Below, piece after piece: positions 54,668-63,910 of a stretch of DNA of 64,000 nucleotides; within the stretch, counting starts at the first letter, position 1; every line of letters begins with the position of its first letter. A program made the position numbers and the translations under genes. This stretch comes from Chloroflexota bacterium (GTDB taxonomy: Bacteria; Chloroflexota; Limnocylindria; P2-11E): positions 31,573-95,572 of the forward strand of contig JBBPIP010000003.1 of NCBI GenBank assembly GCA_038040265.1, written 5' to 3'. The notes under the pieces are model-generated. The model made no database searches. It worked only from the letters and a program-made list of their open reading frames with translations, and had not been told where the DNA came from.

Positions 54668-57141
54668 ATCCGCTTGATGACTTCGGCTGGGACTATCCCG
54701 GCAGCGGCCACCGCAGCGGCCACGATCCAGCCCACCGGAGACGGTGCGACGACGTGCAGCAGCTCGGCCACGAACGGCACGTACTCCGCGAGGACTAGCG
54801 ATCCGACCGTGGCAGCGAGGACCCAGACCAGCGCTCTGTTTCCGCCGGTTGCCGCGCGCCAGATCGGCCCCTCACCGACGCGCTCGGCCAGGACGAGGAA
54901 GACCTGGCCGATCACGAGGGTGGCGATCGCGAGGCCGCGAGCGCGCTCCTCGCCCATGTCGAGACTGCCGAGGTAGAGCGCGAGAACGCCGATCGCCAGA
55001 CCGACGCCACGCGCGAGCATTCCCAGGACCGAGCCGCGCGGCAGCAGGTCGTTCGCGCGGCGGCGTGGCGGCCGCCGCATGAGATCGGCGGGCGCGGGAT
55101 CCGCCTCGAAGACGAGCGAGGCCGTGGGATGCACGACGATTTCGAGCCACACCAGGTGGACCGGGAAGAGCAGGAGCGGCGCGCCGGCGATCGGAACGAC
55201 GAGCGCCGCGAGCAGCAGCGGCACATGGAACGCCACGAGGTAGCCGAACGCGTGCCGGAGGTTCTCGAAGATGCGTCTTCCGTCGCGAACCGCCGAGACG
55301 ATCGTCGAGAAGTCGTCGTCCATCAGAACGAGCGTCGCTGCGGAACGCGCGACCTCGGTGCCGCGGAGTCCCATGGCGATACCGATGTCCGCCTCGCGCA
55401 GCGCCGGCGCGTCGTTCGTCCCATCTCCGGTCATCGCGACGACGTGGCCACCCGCACGAAGCGCGCGCACGATCCGGTACTTCTGCTCGGGCCGGACTCG
55501 CGCGAAGACACTCGCGCGCTCGACAAGAAGAGCAAGGCTCGCGTCGTCGGCGCCGTCGATGTCCGCGCCCGTCGCGACTTCGCCGTCGTCCAGGCCGATC
55601 GCCTTCGCGACCGCGGCGGCCGTCGCCGGGTGGTCGCCGGTGATCACGATCACCCGGACGCCGGCCGCGCGGCACTCGGCGAGCGCCTCGTTGACGCCGG
55701 ACCGGAGCGGATCGACAAAGGCGATCAATCCGCGGAGCTCGAGGTTCTGCTCGTCACTCGCACGATCGCCTTCGACGGAAACGCGCGGTGACTCGGCCAC
55801 CGCGATCACCCGCATGCCACGCTCGGCGAGCTCCTGGTTCGCGGAAAGCACGCTCTCGCGGAGCGCCGGATCGGTGTTGCCGTGCGAGAGGATGCCTTCC
55901 AGCGATCCTTTTGCGTACGCCGCGCATCCGTCTGCGGTGCGCCACGCGTGCGTTACGTATCGGTCGTTGGCGTCGAAGGGATGATCGCGGAGCAGTTCGC
56001 CCGCGTGGAGTGCATCCACGTCGAGACCCCGCGCACCGGCCGCGTGAACGATCGCAATGTCGACGGGATCGTACGGACGCGGCTCTGAGGCGAGTACGGC
56101 CGCGCGCATTACGGCCTGCTCGTCGAAGCCGGGCGCGGCCCAGACCGATGCGACCTCGATGGTCCCGAGCGTCAGGGTGCCGGTCTTGTCGACGCAGATG
56201 ACGCTCGCGGCCCCCAATGTCTCGACTCCCGCGAGCCGGCGCACGAGCGCGCGATCGCGGGCGAGGCGCCAAGCTCCGAGACCGAGGTAGAGGGTGAACA
56301 CCATGGGGAACTCTTCGGGGATCGCGGCCATGGCCAGGCTGACGCCCGCGATGATCGCCGCATCGAGGCTCGAGCCGCGGAGGAGCTCGAGCGCGACGAC
56401 TGCGATGCAGAACGCGCCTGCGACGATCGAGAGCTGCACGACGAGCCGCCTGATGAGTGTCTGCAGCGGAGTGGGCGCTGGCTTGATCGCCGCGACCAGC
56501 GTGCCGATCTGCCCGTAGCGCGTGCGCGGACCTGTCGCGGTGACGATCGACGCGCCACGGCCCGCTCGCACCGTTGTGCCCGCGTAGAGCAGGGCATTCT
56601 CGTCCTCGATCGGCAGCTTCGTCACGGGATGCGACTCTCCGGTGAGCGCGCTCTCGTCGAGCACGACCTCGGTGCCCTCCACCAGGCGCGCGTCCGCCGC
56701 CACGATGTCGCCTTCACGGACAAGGAGCAGATCGCCGGGAACGACCTCGCGCGCCGAGATCCGCTGCTCGACACCGTCGCGTACGACGATCGCCGTCGGG
56801 GCAGTCAGCCGTCGCAGGCTTTCGAGCGCGCGCTCCGCGCGTAGCTCGAGGATGACGCTCACCGCGACGATCGGAACGAGCGCGATGAGCGTGACGATCG
56901 CGTCGCGCGGGTTTCCAAGGAGGATGTACGTCGCGCTCGCGACGACGAGGAGCGCGGCCATGGGATCGGTGACCGCCGATCGGACGACCGTCCAGACGTC
57001 GCCGCTCGGGCCTTCGGGGACGAGGTCGTTCGGCCCGGACGAGACGAGTCGAGCCTGTGCGTCGACCGCGCTCAGCCCCGAGCTCACCCGATCCGGCCGG
57101 GCGCGCGCTGGGTCGCGAACGACGTCCGCGGCGACGGCCAC
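54637..57141 (-). CDS. cation-transporting P-type ATPase (type II, Ca2+/CtpF-like)
   Basis: It has DKTGTLT, TGDHPATA and MTGDGTNDAPAL, plus 10 TM helices. Confidence 0.9.
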   Translation of the reverse strand: MAVAADVVRDPARARPDRVSSGLSAVDAQARLVSSGPNDLVPEGPSGDVWTVVRSAVTDPMAALLVVASATYILLGNPRDAIVTLIALVPIVAVSVILELRAERALESLRRLTAPTAIVVRDGVEQRISAREVVPGDLLLVREGDIVAADARLVEGTEVVLDESALTGESHPVTKLPIEDENALLYAGTTVRAGRGASIVTATGPRTRYGQIGTLVAAIKPAPTPLQTLIRRLVVQLSIVAGAFCIAVVALELLRGSSLDAAIIAGVSLAMAAIPEEFPMVFTLYLGLGAWRLARDRALVRRLAGVETLGAASVICVDKTGTLTLGTIEVASVWAAPGFDEQAVMRAAVLASEPRPYDPVDIAIVHAAGARGLDVDALHAGELLRDHPFDANDRYVTHAWRTADGCAAYAKGSLEGILSHGNTDPALRESVLSANQELAERGMRVIAVAESPRVSVEGDRASDEQNLELRGLIAFVDPLRSGVNEALAECRAAGVRVIVITGDHPATAAAVAKAIGLDDGEVATGADIDGADDASLALLVERASVFARVRPEQKYRIVRALRAGGHVVAMTGDGTNDAPALREADIGIAMGLRGTEVARSAATLVLMDDDFSTIVSAVRDGRRIFENLRHAFGYLVAFHVPLLLAALVVPIAGAPLLLFPVHLVWLEIVVHPTASLVFEADPAPADLMRRPPRRRANDLLPRGSVLGMLARGVGLAIGVLALYLGSLDMGEERARGLAIATLVIGQVFLVLAERVGEGPIWRAATGGNRALVWVLAATVGSLVLAEYVPFVAELLHVVAPSPVGWIVAAAVAAAGIVPAEVIKRIQRRSLRSST

Positions 57142-57340
57142 GTCATCAGGCTACGGTCAGGGTGCGTCTGCGGCGAAGGTCGTTGGTCACGGCCCAGCCC
57201 GCCGTCCGGCCCTATCTCTGGGACCCTGCTGAACCTAGCCTCGGCTCAACGTTGGGCCGCTTGTCGGTCTGTCGTCCGAAGGAGTGAGCAGAATGTGCGC
57301 AGTCAGTGCCGAGACGAAACGGAACAGTGGGAATGGTGAG

Positions 57341-58614
57341 ATGAAGAAGACCTCGCTCACCGTCACGGACAACCGCACGGGCGCGACGTACGAGATCCCG
57401 ATCGAGAACGGTGCCGTCCACGCGACGGAGCTGCGGAAGATCAAAGCGGGCCCGACGACTTCGGCCTCGTCTCGTACGACCCGGGGTTTCTCAACACCGC
57501 CGCCTGCCGCAGCGCGATCACGTACATCGACGGGGACCGCGGGATCCTGCGCTACCGCGGGTACCCCATCGAGGAGATCGCGGGGAAGAGGACTTTCCTC
57601 GATGTCGCTTACTTGATCCTGAACGGCGAGTTCCCGACAGACGAGCAGCGGAAGTCGTGGAGCTACGAGGTCACGCATCACACCTTCCTGCACGAGAACG
57701 TGAAGAAATTCATCGACGGGTTCCGCCACGACGCGCACCCGATGGGCATCCTCATCAGCACGCTCGCGGCGCTCTCGACCTTTTACCCGGAAGCGAAACG
57801 CATTTTCGAGGCCGACACACGCCAAAAGCAGATCGTCCGCCTCATCGCCAAGACGCCGACGATCGCCGCCTTCGCGTACCGGCACGCGACCGGCCTCCCT
57901 TATGTCTATCCAGACAACGACCTTTCATACGCCGGCAACTTCCTCAACATGCTGTGGAAGACGACCGAGCTCAAATACTCGCCAGACCCCGTGCTCGAGC
58001 GGGCCCTCGACGTGCTCTTCGTACTCCACGCCGATCACGAGCAGAACTGCTCCACCTCGACCATGCGCGTGGTCGGGAGCTCCCACTCCGATCCCTATTC
58101 GGCGGCAGCGGCCGCTACTGGTGCGCTCTACGGTCCGCTTCACGGCGGCGCGAACGAGCAGGTCGTGCGGATGCTGCAGGAGATCGGTTCGGTCGCCCGC
58201 GTGAGCGACCACATCAAGCGCGTCAAGGCCGGCGAGATGCGCCTCATGGGCTTCGGACACCGTGTCTACAAGAACTACGACCCGCGCGCGCGGATCATCA
58301 AGCGCGTCGCGGAGGAGGTCTTCCAGGTCACGGGACGCAACCCGCTCATCGACATCGCGATCGAGCTCGAGAAGATCGCGCTCGAGGACGACTACTTCGT
58401 GAGCCGGAAGCTCTACCCGAACGTGGACTTCTACTCCGGGATCATCTACCAGGCCATGGGCTTCCCCGTGGACGTGTTCCCGGTCCTCTTCGCGATCGGG
58501 CGCATGCCGGGCTGGCTCGCGCAGTGGCAGGAGGGGCTGCTCGACCCTGAGCAGAAGATCGCGCGGCCGCTCCAGCTCTACATCGGTCCGGCGGAGCGCC
58601 ACGTAGCGGATTAG
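57341..58614 (+). pseudogene. gltA: citrate synthase with a single-base frameshift near 57451 (or a sequencing error)
   Basis: MKKTSLTVTDNRTGATYEIPIENGAVHATELRKIKAGP is in the frame of ORF 57284. DDFGLVSYDPGFLNTAACRSAITYIDGDRGILRYRGYPIEE...HADHEQNCSTS...GFGHRVYK continues in the frame of ORF 57613..58614. The junction is in GGGCCC. Confidence 0.75.
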
Positions 58615-58691
58615 AACTGAGCGAGGTGCTGCTGGCGACCGAGGGCTCTCGTAGAGCGGGCTCTGGCTGAACAGCTGGGTGAAACTCCTTC

Positions 58692-58877
58692 TCAGGAGGT
58701 GCGCACGACGACCGTCCCGCGATCTTGTCGTGCCACCCTTGCTTCATGGGATCGAGCGCGACCCAGATGACCCCAGAGCACCACTACGAACCAGACTGAG
58801 CGCAATGGCGTCGATTAGGTACGCGCGGTGCGGATGCTGAAGCCCGCGTAACGTTGGCTCTGGACGATGGCGGTCAC
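58692..58877 (-). pseudogene. RDD-family gene remnant (internally deleted, frame-shifted)
   Basis: Three pieces lie in three frames: VTAIVQSQRYAGFSIRTAR, then YLIDAIALSLV, then VIWVALDPMKQGWHDKIAG + TVVVRTS*. The total of 186 nt is far shorter than an RDD domain. Confidence 0.4.
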
Positions 58878-59380
58878 GATGTCTGCTCCGTCTGCCCACC
58901 GCTCGGGCGTGGCCGCAGGAACGTCGCGATCAGCACGATGACACCGGCTGCGATGAGTCCCAGAGGCCAAAGACGCGCGATGGTGTCAGCCGCGGCGGTC
59001 CCTTCGGCAAGCTGTGTCGCGCCGACGATGGAGAGGATGCCGCCTGGGATGAGCGGCCACCAGCGCGCGGCCGTTCCGACGAGGACATCGATCAGGTAGA
59101 TAGCGACGAAGCCCGCGCCCAGTCCCAGAACGACGATCCCGCCGTTCGGGTCGTAGCCGTATTCCTGGACGGCGACGCCGACGGCGAGCCCACCGAGGAT
59201 CATGCCGGGCACGAGGAAACCGTACTGACGTCTGGTCGCGTAGATCGCGAGGAAGAACACCGAGATCAAGCCGAGCACAGCCGCGCCGGTGAAGTCGAAC
59301 CACTGTGTCGCGAGGAACATGAGTCCGAGCGCGACCAAGATGATTCCGGCGGTCGACCGCCGATCAACGAGCGCGTTCAT
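58874..59380 (-). CDS. hypothetical integral membrane protein
   Basis: ATG 59380 follows AGGAGGAAG. It has 5 TM helices. Confidence 0.65.
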   Translation of the reverse strand: MNALVDRRSTAGIILVALGLMFLATQWFDFTGAAVLGLISVFFLAIYATRRQYGFLVPGMILGGLAVGVAVQEYGYDPNGGIVVLGLGAGFVAIYLIDVLVGTAARWWPLIPGGILSIVGATQLAEGTAAADTIARLWPLGLIAAGVIVLIATFLRPRPSGGQTEQTS

Positions 59381-59390
59381 TTGCTTCCTC

Positions 59391-60143
59391 CTACGCGGCG
59401 GTCCAGCCGCCGTCCACATAGATCTCAGATCCGGTCATGTACGACGCCTTGGGTCCGCAGAGGAACGCGATGACGTCGCCGATCTCCTCGGGCCGCCCGA
59501 GACGGCCGACCGGCGTGTTCTGCACGATCATCTGCTCGATAGGTGTTCCCTTGATCTGCTCGATCATCGGCGTGTCGATGAATCCGGGGTGCATCGAGTT
59601 CACGCGGATGCCTTCCTTCGCGTAGCGGATCGCGGCGTTCTTTGTCATGAGACGGACCGCCCCCTTTGTGGCGTGGTACGCGACCGAGCCCCCGAACCCT
59701 CCGACGGCGCCGAAGATCGACGAAACGTTCACGATGGCGCCACCGCCTGCGGCCCGCATGGCAGGTACCGCGTGCTTCATGCCGAGCCAGACGCCTTTCT
59801 GGTTCACGGCGATGACCTGGTCCCAGCCGGCGACCGTCTCCTGCTCGACGTCCTCCATCGTGCCGATCCCGGCGTTGTTCACGAGGATGTCGAGGTGGCC
59901 GAATTCCTTGACTGCATCCGACACGACGCGATCCCACTGGGATTCGTCGGTAACGTCCAGATGCACGTAACGAGCGCACTTCCCTTCACTTGCGATCTTA
60001 TTCGCGAGCGCCTGGCCCTCGTTGTCGTTCACGTCGGCAATGAGAACGAACGCGTCCTCGGCGCTCAGCGCCGTTGCCGTCGCGGCGCCGATGCCGCGCG
60101 CTCCCCCTGTCACGATCGCGACCTTTCCCTGAAGCTCAGTCAT
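59391..60143 (-). CDS. SDR family oxidoreductase
   Basis: It has TGGARGIG, NNAG and YHATK. Confidence 0.9.
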   Translation of the reverse strand: MTELQGKVAIVTGGARGIGAATATALSAEDAFVLIADVNDNEGQALANKIASEGKCARYVHLDVTDESQWDRVVSDAVKEFGHLDILVNNAGIGTMEDVEQETVAGWDQVIAVNQKGVWLGMKHAVPAMRAAGGGAIVNVSSIFGAVGGFGGSVAYHATKGAVRLMTKNAAIRYAKEGIRVNSMHPGFIDTPMIEQIKGTPIEQMIVQNTPVGRLGRPEEIGDVIAFLCGPKASYMTGSEIYVDGGWTAA

Positions 60144-60379
60144 GGCGTTTACCTCCTGAAATCCACTCGATAGTTCCGGTTCGCGTGCCGGGCGACTAGG
60201 ACCGAACGGCGTTCGCTCGTGGGGCCTTCGGCACCGCCGCCGTCGGGTTGCCCCCGGCCCGGCACCCTCCGGTCGCCGAGCGTCCCCGTTCAGGTCGTCC
60301 GTACTTGCAGTCAGAGCCGTCCGGCACTCGTGGCGTGCTCCTCAGGGGCAAGAGACTTCTGTCGGAGGTGACTCCTGTG

Positions 60380-60598
60380 ATGTTTCCCTATGGCGACCCC
60401 GGTTATATGGGCTGGATGATGCTCGGCTCAGTCGTCTTCTGGATCACGCTCGTCGCGGTCGCGGTCTTCGCGATCGTTCGGTTCAGCCCGCGTCGCGATG
60501 GCGTGGATGCGACGACGATCCTCAAGGAGCGGCTCGCCCGCGGCGAGATCTCTCCAGAGGAATACCAGGCGCGCAGCGGTCTGATCCTCGGCCATTAA
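60380..60598 (+). CDS. SHOCT domain membrane protein
   Basis: ATG 60380 follows GGAGGTG. One TM helix is followed by ILKERLARGEISPEEYQAR. Confidence 0.7.
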   Translation: MFPYGDPGYMGWMMLGSVVFWITLVAVAVFAIVRFSPRRDGVDATTILKERLARGEISPEEYQARSGLILGH

Positions 60599-60692
60599 CG
60601 ATGAACGGAGGGGCGCCGGATCCCGTGGTCCGGCGACACTCCGGCTGTCCCGCGTTGCCGTACACGCGATGCGCCATGCGGCCACTCTCCCA

Positions 60693-60708
60693 AGGGACGA
60701 TTGGCACT
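60693..60708. promoter_or_regulatory. 5-4-5 dyad upstream of a small hydrophobic ORF
   Basis: AGGGAC-GATT-GGCACT lies 57 nt upstream of GTG 60765. Confidence 0.45.
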
Positions 60709-60764
60709 CGTCAGCCACAGCCCATTAATGGAGAATTCACTCGAGATCGAAAGGGGATCTGGCA

Positions 60765-60890
60765 GTGCCGATCGCTCTTGGGTCCGACTTCATGATTCTG
60801 CTCATGGCTCTCGCGGGGCTATCTCTCACCGGGCTCGCGATCGCTCGCGATATCCTCCGCGCGCCGAGGCCGCGCTCAGTCGCGTCCTAG
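60765..60890 (+). CDS. possible 41-aa hydrophobic peptide
   Basis: The GTG is preceded by AAAGGGGA. Sequence is VPIALGSDFMILLMALAGLSLTGLAIARDILRAPRPRSVAS. It is below the ORF-track cut-off. Confidence 0.25.
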   Translation: MPIALGSDFMILLMALAGLSLTGLAIARDILRAPRPRSVAS

Positions 60891-61771
60891 CGCGGCCCAG
60901 AAGTCCCGCGGGCGACCAGCACAGAGCACGTCGCGCCGTACAGGACCTTCCGCGCCACGCTGCCGAGCAGGAGTCGCTTCAGACCGGTCCGTCCGCGTGT
61001 CCCCATCGCGATCAGGTCCGCCAGGGCAGGGGTCGCGGCAGCAAGGATCTCCTCGCCGGCGGACCCGACGCGCACCTCCGAGGTGACGTCGAGGCCTGCC
61101 TCTCTCAAGCTGTCAGCCGCTTTCTTCGCGAGCGACTCGTGCTCCTCGCGCACACGCGCAAGCTCCTCGCGGCGCGCGGCCATGACCTCATTGCGCATGG
61201 TCGGCGATACGCCCGAGGAGAGCGGTTCCACCACGTGCGCGACACTCACAACTCGCACAGGCGCATTGAAAATGCCTGTCGCAACAAGACGGCACGCCGC
61301 GTCCGCGTCGCTCGACCCGTCGTACGCGACGACGACGCTCGACACCGCGGTCGTCCGCGCGACGAGCACCGGACAGGGCGCGTGATCGATGACTTCGGCC
61401 CCCACTGATCCGAGCACCGCTGAAACGACGGCTCCGCGTCCATGCGCCCCGACCACGATCAGGTCGGGACGCCACCGCTCCGCCTCTTCGATGATCGCGC
61501 TCGCGGGTCGGCCGTAGAGCGCGTCAGCCTCGACCGTTCTCTCCGCACCGCGGAGCGGCTCAGCGAAGTTCTGAATGTCCTCGCCTGCCGATCTCAGTGC
61601 CGTGGCGATGAACTCGTTCCGCATCGCGTCAGGGAGATTCTCCCCGGTGGGAATGGGTCCCGCCGATCGGATCACCCGAATCGTCGAGCCTTTCGGGATG
61701 CAGAGGCTCGCCACGAGCGTGCGGGCGTGCTCGGCTCCGGACGAATCGTCGGCCGCAAAGAGAATTCGCAT
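60887..61771 (-). CDS. universal stress protein, tandem USP domains
   Basis: It contains MRILFAADDSSGAEHA...LIVVGAHGRGAVVSAVLGSV and ...LIAMGTRGRTGLKRLLLGSVA. Confidence 0.85.
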   Translation of the reverse strand: MRILFAADDSSGAEHARTLVASLCIPKGSTIRVIRSAGPIPTGENLPDAMRNEFIATALRSAGEDIQNFAEPLRGAERTVEADALYGRPASAIIEEAERWRPDLIVVGAHGRGAVVSAVLGSVGAEVIDHAPCPVLVARTTAVSSVVVAYDGSSDADAACRLVATGIFNAPVRVVSVAHVVEPLSSGVSPTMRNEVMAARREELARVREEHESLAKKAADSLREAGLDVTSEVRVGSAGEEILAAATPALADLIAMGTRGRTGLKRLLLGSVARKVLYGATCSVLVARGTSGPR

Positions 61772-61928
61772 CTCACATTTCCTTCAGCTCACTCGACGAG
61801 AAGCGCGGAACGCTTGAAGCGAGCCGCAGCTGCCGCGACGAGCAAGACGTCGATGACTAGAAGCACTCCGGCGAGGATAAGCACAGATGCCGCAGGGGTT
61901 TTCCGCCGCCCAGCCGAACTCCTGGACC

Positions 61929-63509
61929 TCACCCGACGCCCGCGAGCTCCTGGAGGCCGCGCCAGTTCGCGAGACGGTCATCCTGCGTCGCGCGGATTTC
62001 GGTCGTGGCCAAGCCGTCCGCCGCGAAGTGCTGTGCGAAGCGACCTTCGGTGCGCGCGAACGTGAGGAAGTCGACCGGTGTGTCATCCGGCAACGCTGTC
62101 CAATCGCTCTTGGGATCGGGGTTTCCCTGCAGCGAGAGCCGCTCCTTCATCGTCGGCCCCTTGCGCGGGTCGTACACAAAGAGCGGAAATGCGCGCGAGT
62201 CGACGGCGAGCTTCGCCTGGCGCGTCGCCGCGTCGTCGGCGATGCCATGCTCGGGCATGCACGCCGCGTACACGATCACGACCGCGGGGCCGGGGTACTC
62301 GTTCGCGTCGAGGATCGCGCGGTAGAAGTGGTTCTGATGCGCGGGCGTTGTCTGTGCGACGAACACGTCACCGTGCGCCATGAGGATGCGGCCAAGCTCC
62401 TTGCGTCGCTCCGGCCGCCCGTGGAGCTTCTTCCCGAACGCAGACAGCTTCGTCACCTGTCCGCCGAAGCTCGCCGTCGACGACTGGCCGCCGGTGTTCG
62501 AGTACACCTGCGTGTCGAGCACGAGCACCTTGATGTCCGCGCCGGACGCGACCATACGCGAGAGCGACTGGAAGCCGATGTCGTACATCGCGCCGTCGCC
62601 GCCGATCACCCAGAGCCGTCGATCGGCGTGGCCCGCCTGATCCCAGCGGTCGCGGATGCCGAGCGCGTCCGCCGGTGCGTTTTCGAAGAGTGAGTTCGTC
62701 CACGGGACGAGGTATGGGTTGTAGGGATAGGTGCTCCCGAACACGGTGTTGCACCCGGTCGCGGCGACGATGCCCATCGCGGCCGGTCCGTAGACCTGCC
62801 GCGTCGCCGCGACGAGCATCCGGATCGCGGTCCCCTCGCCGCACCCGGAGCAAGAACCCGCGCCGCCGACGTATCCGATCGCGTGCTCGCCGAGCATGAG
62901 ATCGGCGAGCGCCTTCTCGTTGCGATACGCCTCGGGCGTGACAGGCAGCGTGCGGAAGAACCTGATGTCTCGCTCGTAGCGCGCGAGCGTGGGCGTTGGA
63001 TCGCCGCTCTCCGGCGCCTTGTCGATCATGCGGAGCGCTTCGTGCCCGAGGTCGGTGCAGACGGCGACGCATTCGCTGCACCCCTTGCAGTGAACAGGGT
63101 CGACGAAGATCCCAAAGAGCGCGGGCTCGAGGCCGCGTTTCGCGGGTACATCCGCGTACTTCCGCGTCTTCACGAAGTGCGCCATGACCTCTGTTCGCTC
63201 GGCGTCTGGAAGCGTGGCTACGCGCTCGGCGAGGACGGCCTCGGGTTGCGCGATGCCGAGGATGGCCGTGTCCGGGCACGCGCTGACGCAAGCCATGCAG
63301 CCAACGCACCGATCCGCGACGAGCTCGGGAATCCGCGGCGCGAGCCGGCTGAAGTCGCGCACCGCTGCGGTGCCGGGCGGAATGATGCTTCGCGCCACAC
63401 CGCGGTCTGCCTCAAGGGCCTCATCGTCCCCGAGTCCATAGGTTCCGACTATGGCCGCGAAATCCTCGACGTACCGCTCGATGTCGAATCGCCGGTCGAT
63501 GATCGTCAT
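61929..63509 (-). CDS. pyruvate:ferredoxin oxidoreductase, C-terminal module (2x[4Fe-4S] ferredoxin domain plus TPP-binding domain)
   Basis: It has CVGCMACVSACP and CKGCSECVAVC, and then GGDGAMYDIGFQSL. Confidence 0.85.
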   Translation of the reverse strand: MTIIDRRFDIERYVEDFAAIVGTYGLGDDEALEADRGVARSIIPPGTAAVRDFSRLAPRIPELVADRCVGCMACVSACPDTAILGIAQPEAVLAERVATLPDAERTEVMAHFVKTRKYADVPAKRGLEPALFGIFVDPVHCKGCSECVAVCTDLGHEALRMIDKAPESGDPTPTLARYERDIRFFRTLPVTPEAYRNEKALADLMLGEHAIGYVGGAGSCSGCGEGTAIRMLVAATRQVYGPAAMGIVAATGCNTVFGSTYPYNPYLVPWTNSLFENAPADALGIRDRWDQAGHADRRLWVIGGDGAMYDIGFQSLSRMVASGADIKVLVLDTQVYSNTGGQSSTASFGGQVTKLSAFGKKLHGRPERRKELGRILMAHGDVFVAQTTPAHQNHFYRAILDANEYPGPAVVIVYAACMPEHGIADDAATRQAKLAVDSRAFPLFVYDPRKGPTMKERLSLQGNPDPKSDWTALPDDTPVDFLTFARTEGRFAQHFAADGLATTEIRATQDDRLANWRGLQELAGVG

Positions 63510-63910
63510 CGCCTGGCGCCTGCCATATCCCGGATCACATCGCTCGTCGAGACGATCCCGACGGGCGTGACGCCATCGTGCCCGACGATGACCAGCCGGT
63601 GAATGCCTTTCTCTTCCATCAGCCTCGCCGCCTCGCTCAGCGTCATCGATGTTGGCGCCGTCACGGCGGGTGTTGTCATGAGATAACGCACAGCGAGGCT
63701 TCTCCAGCTGTCCCAGACGTCAGCGGCCACGCGCGCCCGGACAAGATCCGACTGAGAGATCACGCCGACCAGGGATTCGTCCGTGTCGACGACGGCAAGC
63801 CCGCGTACTCGATACTCATCCATAAGCCGGACCGCCTGATGGAGTCCCGCATCCGCACTGATCGTGAGCGCGCCTAGGGTCATCACATCGCCAACGGTTC
63901 GTTCGGTCAT
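63506..63910 (-). CDS. CBS-pair domain protein
   Basis: 134 aa with two CBS repeats. ATGA overlaps occur at both ends. Confidence 0.85.
   Translation of the reverse strand: MTERTVGDVMTLGALTISADAGLHQAVRLMDEYRVRGLAVVDTDESLVGVISQSDLVRARVAADVWDSWRSLAVRYLMTTPAVTAPTSMTLSEAARLMEEKGIHRLVIVGHDGVTPVGIVSTSDVIRDMAGARR

Noticed and set aside
57198-57266. GGCCCT / GGGACC / TGGGCC-GCTT-GTCGGT sequences in the ATPase-gltA intergenic region considered as dyad sites
   Set aside because: The half-sites are in the wrong relative orientation or spacing, or match only one half. They are not counted among the motif instances.
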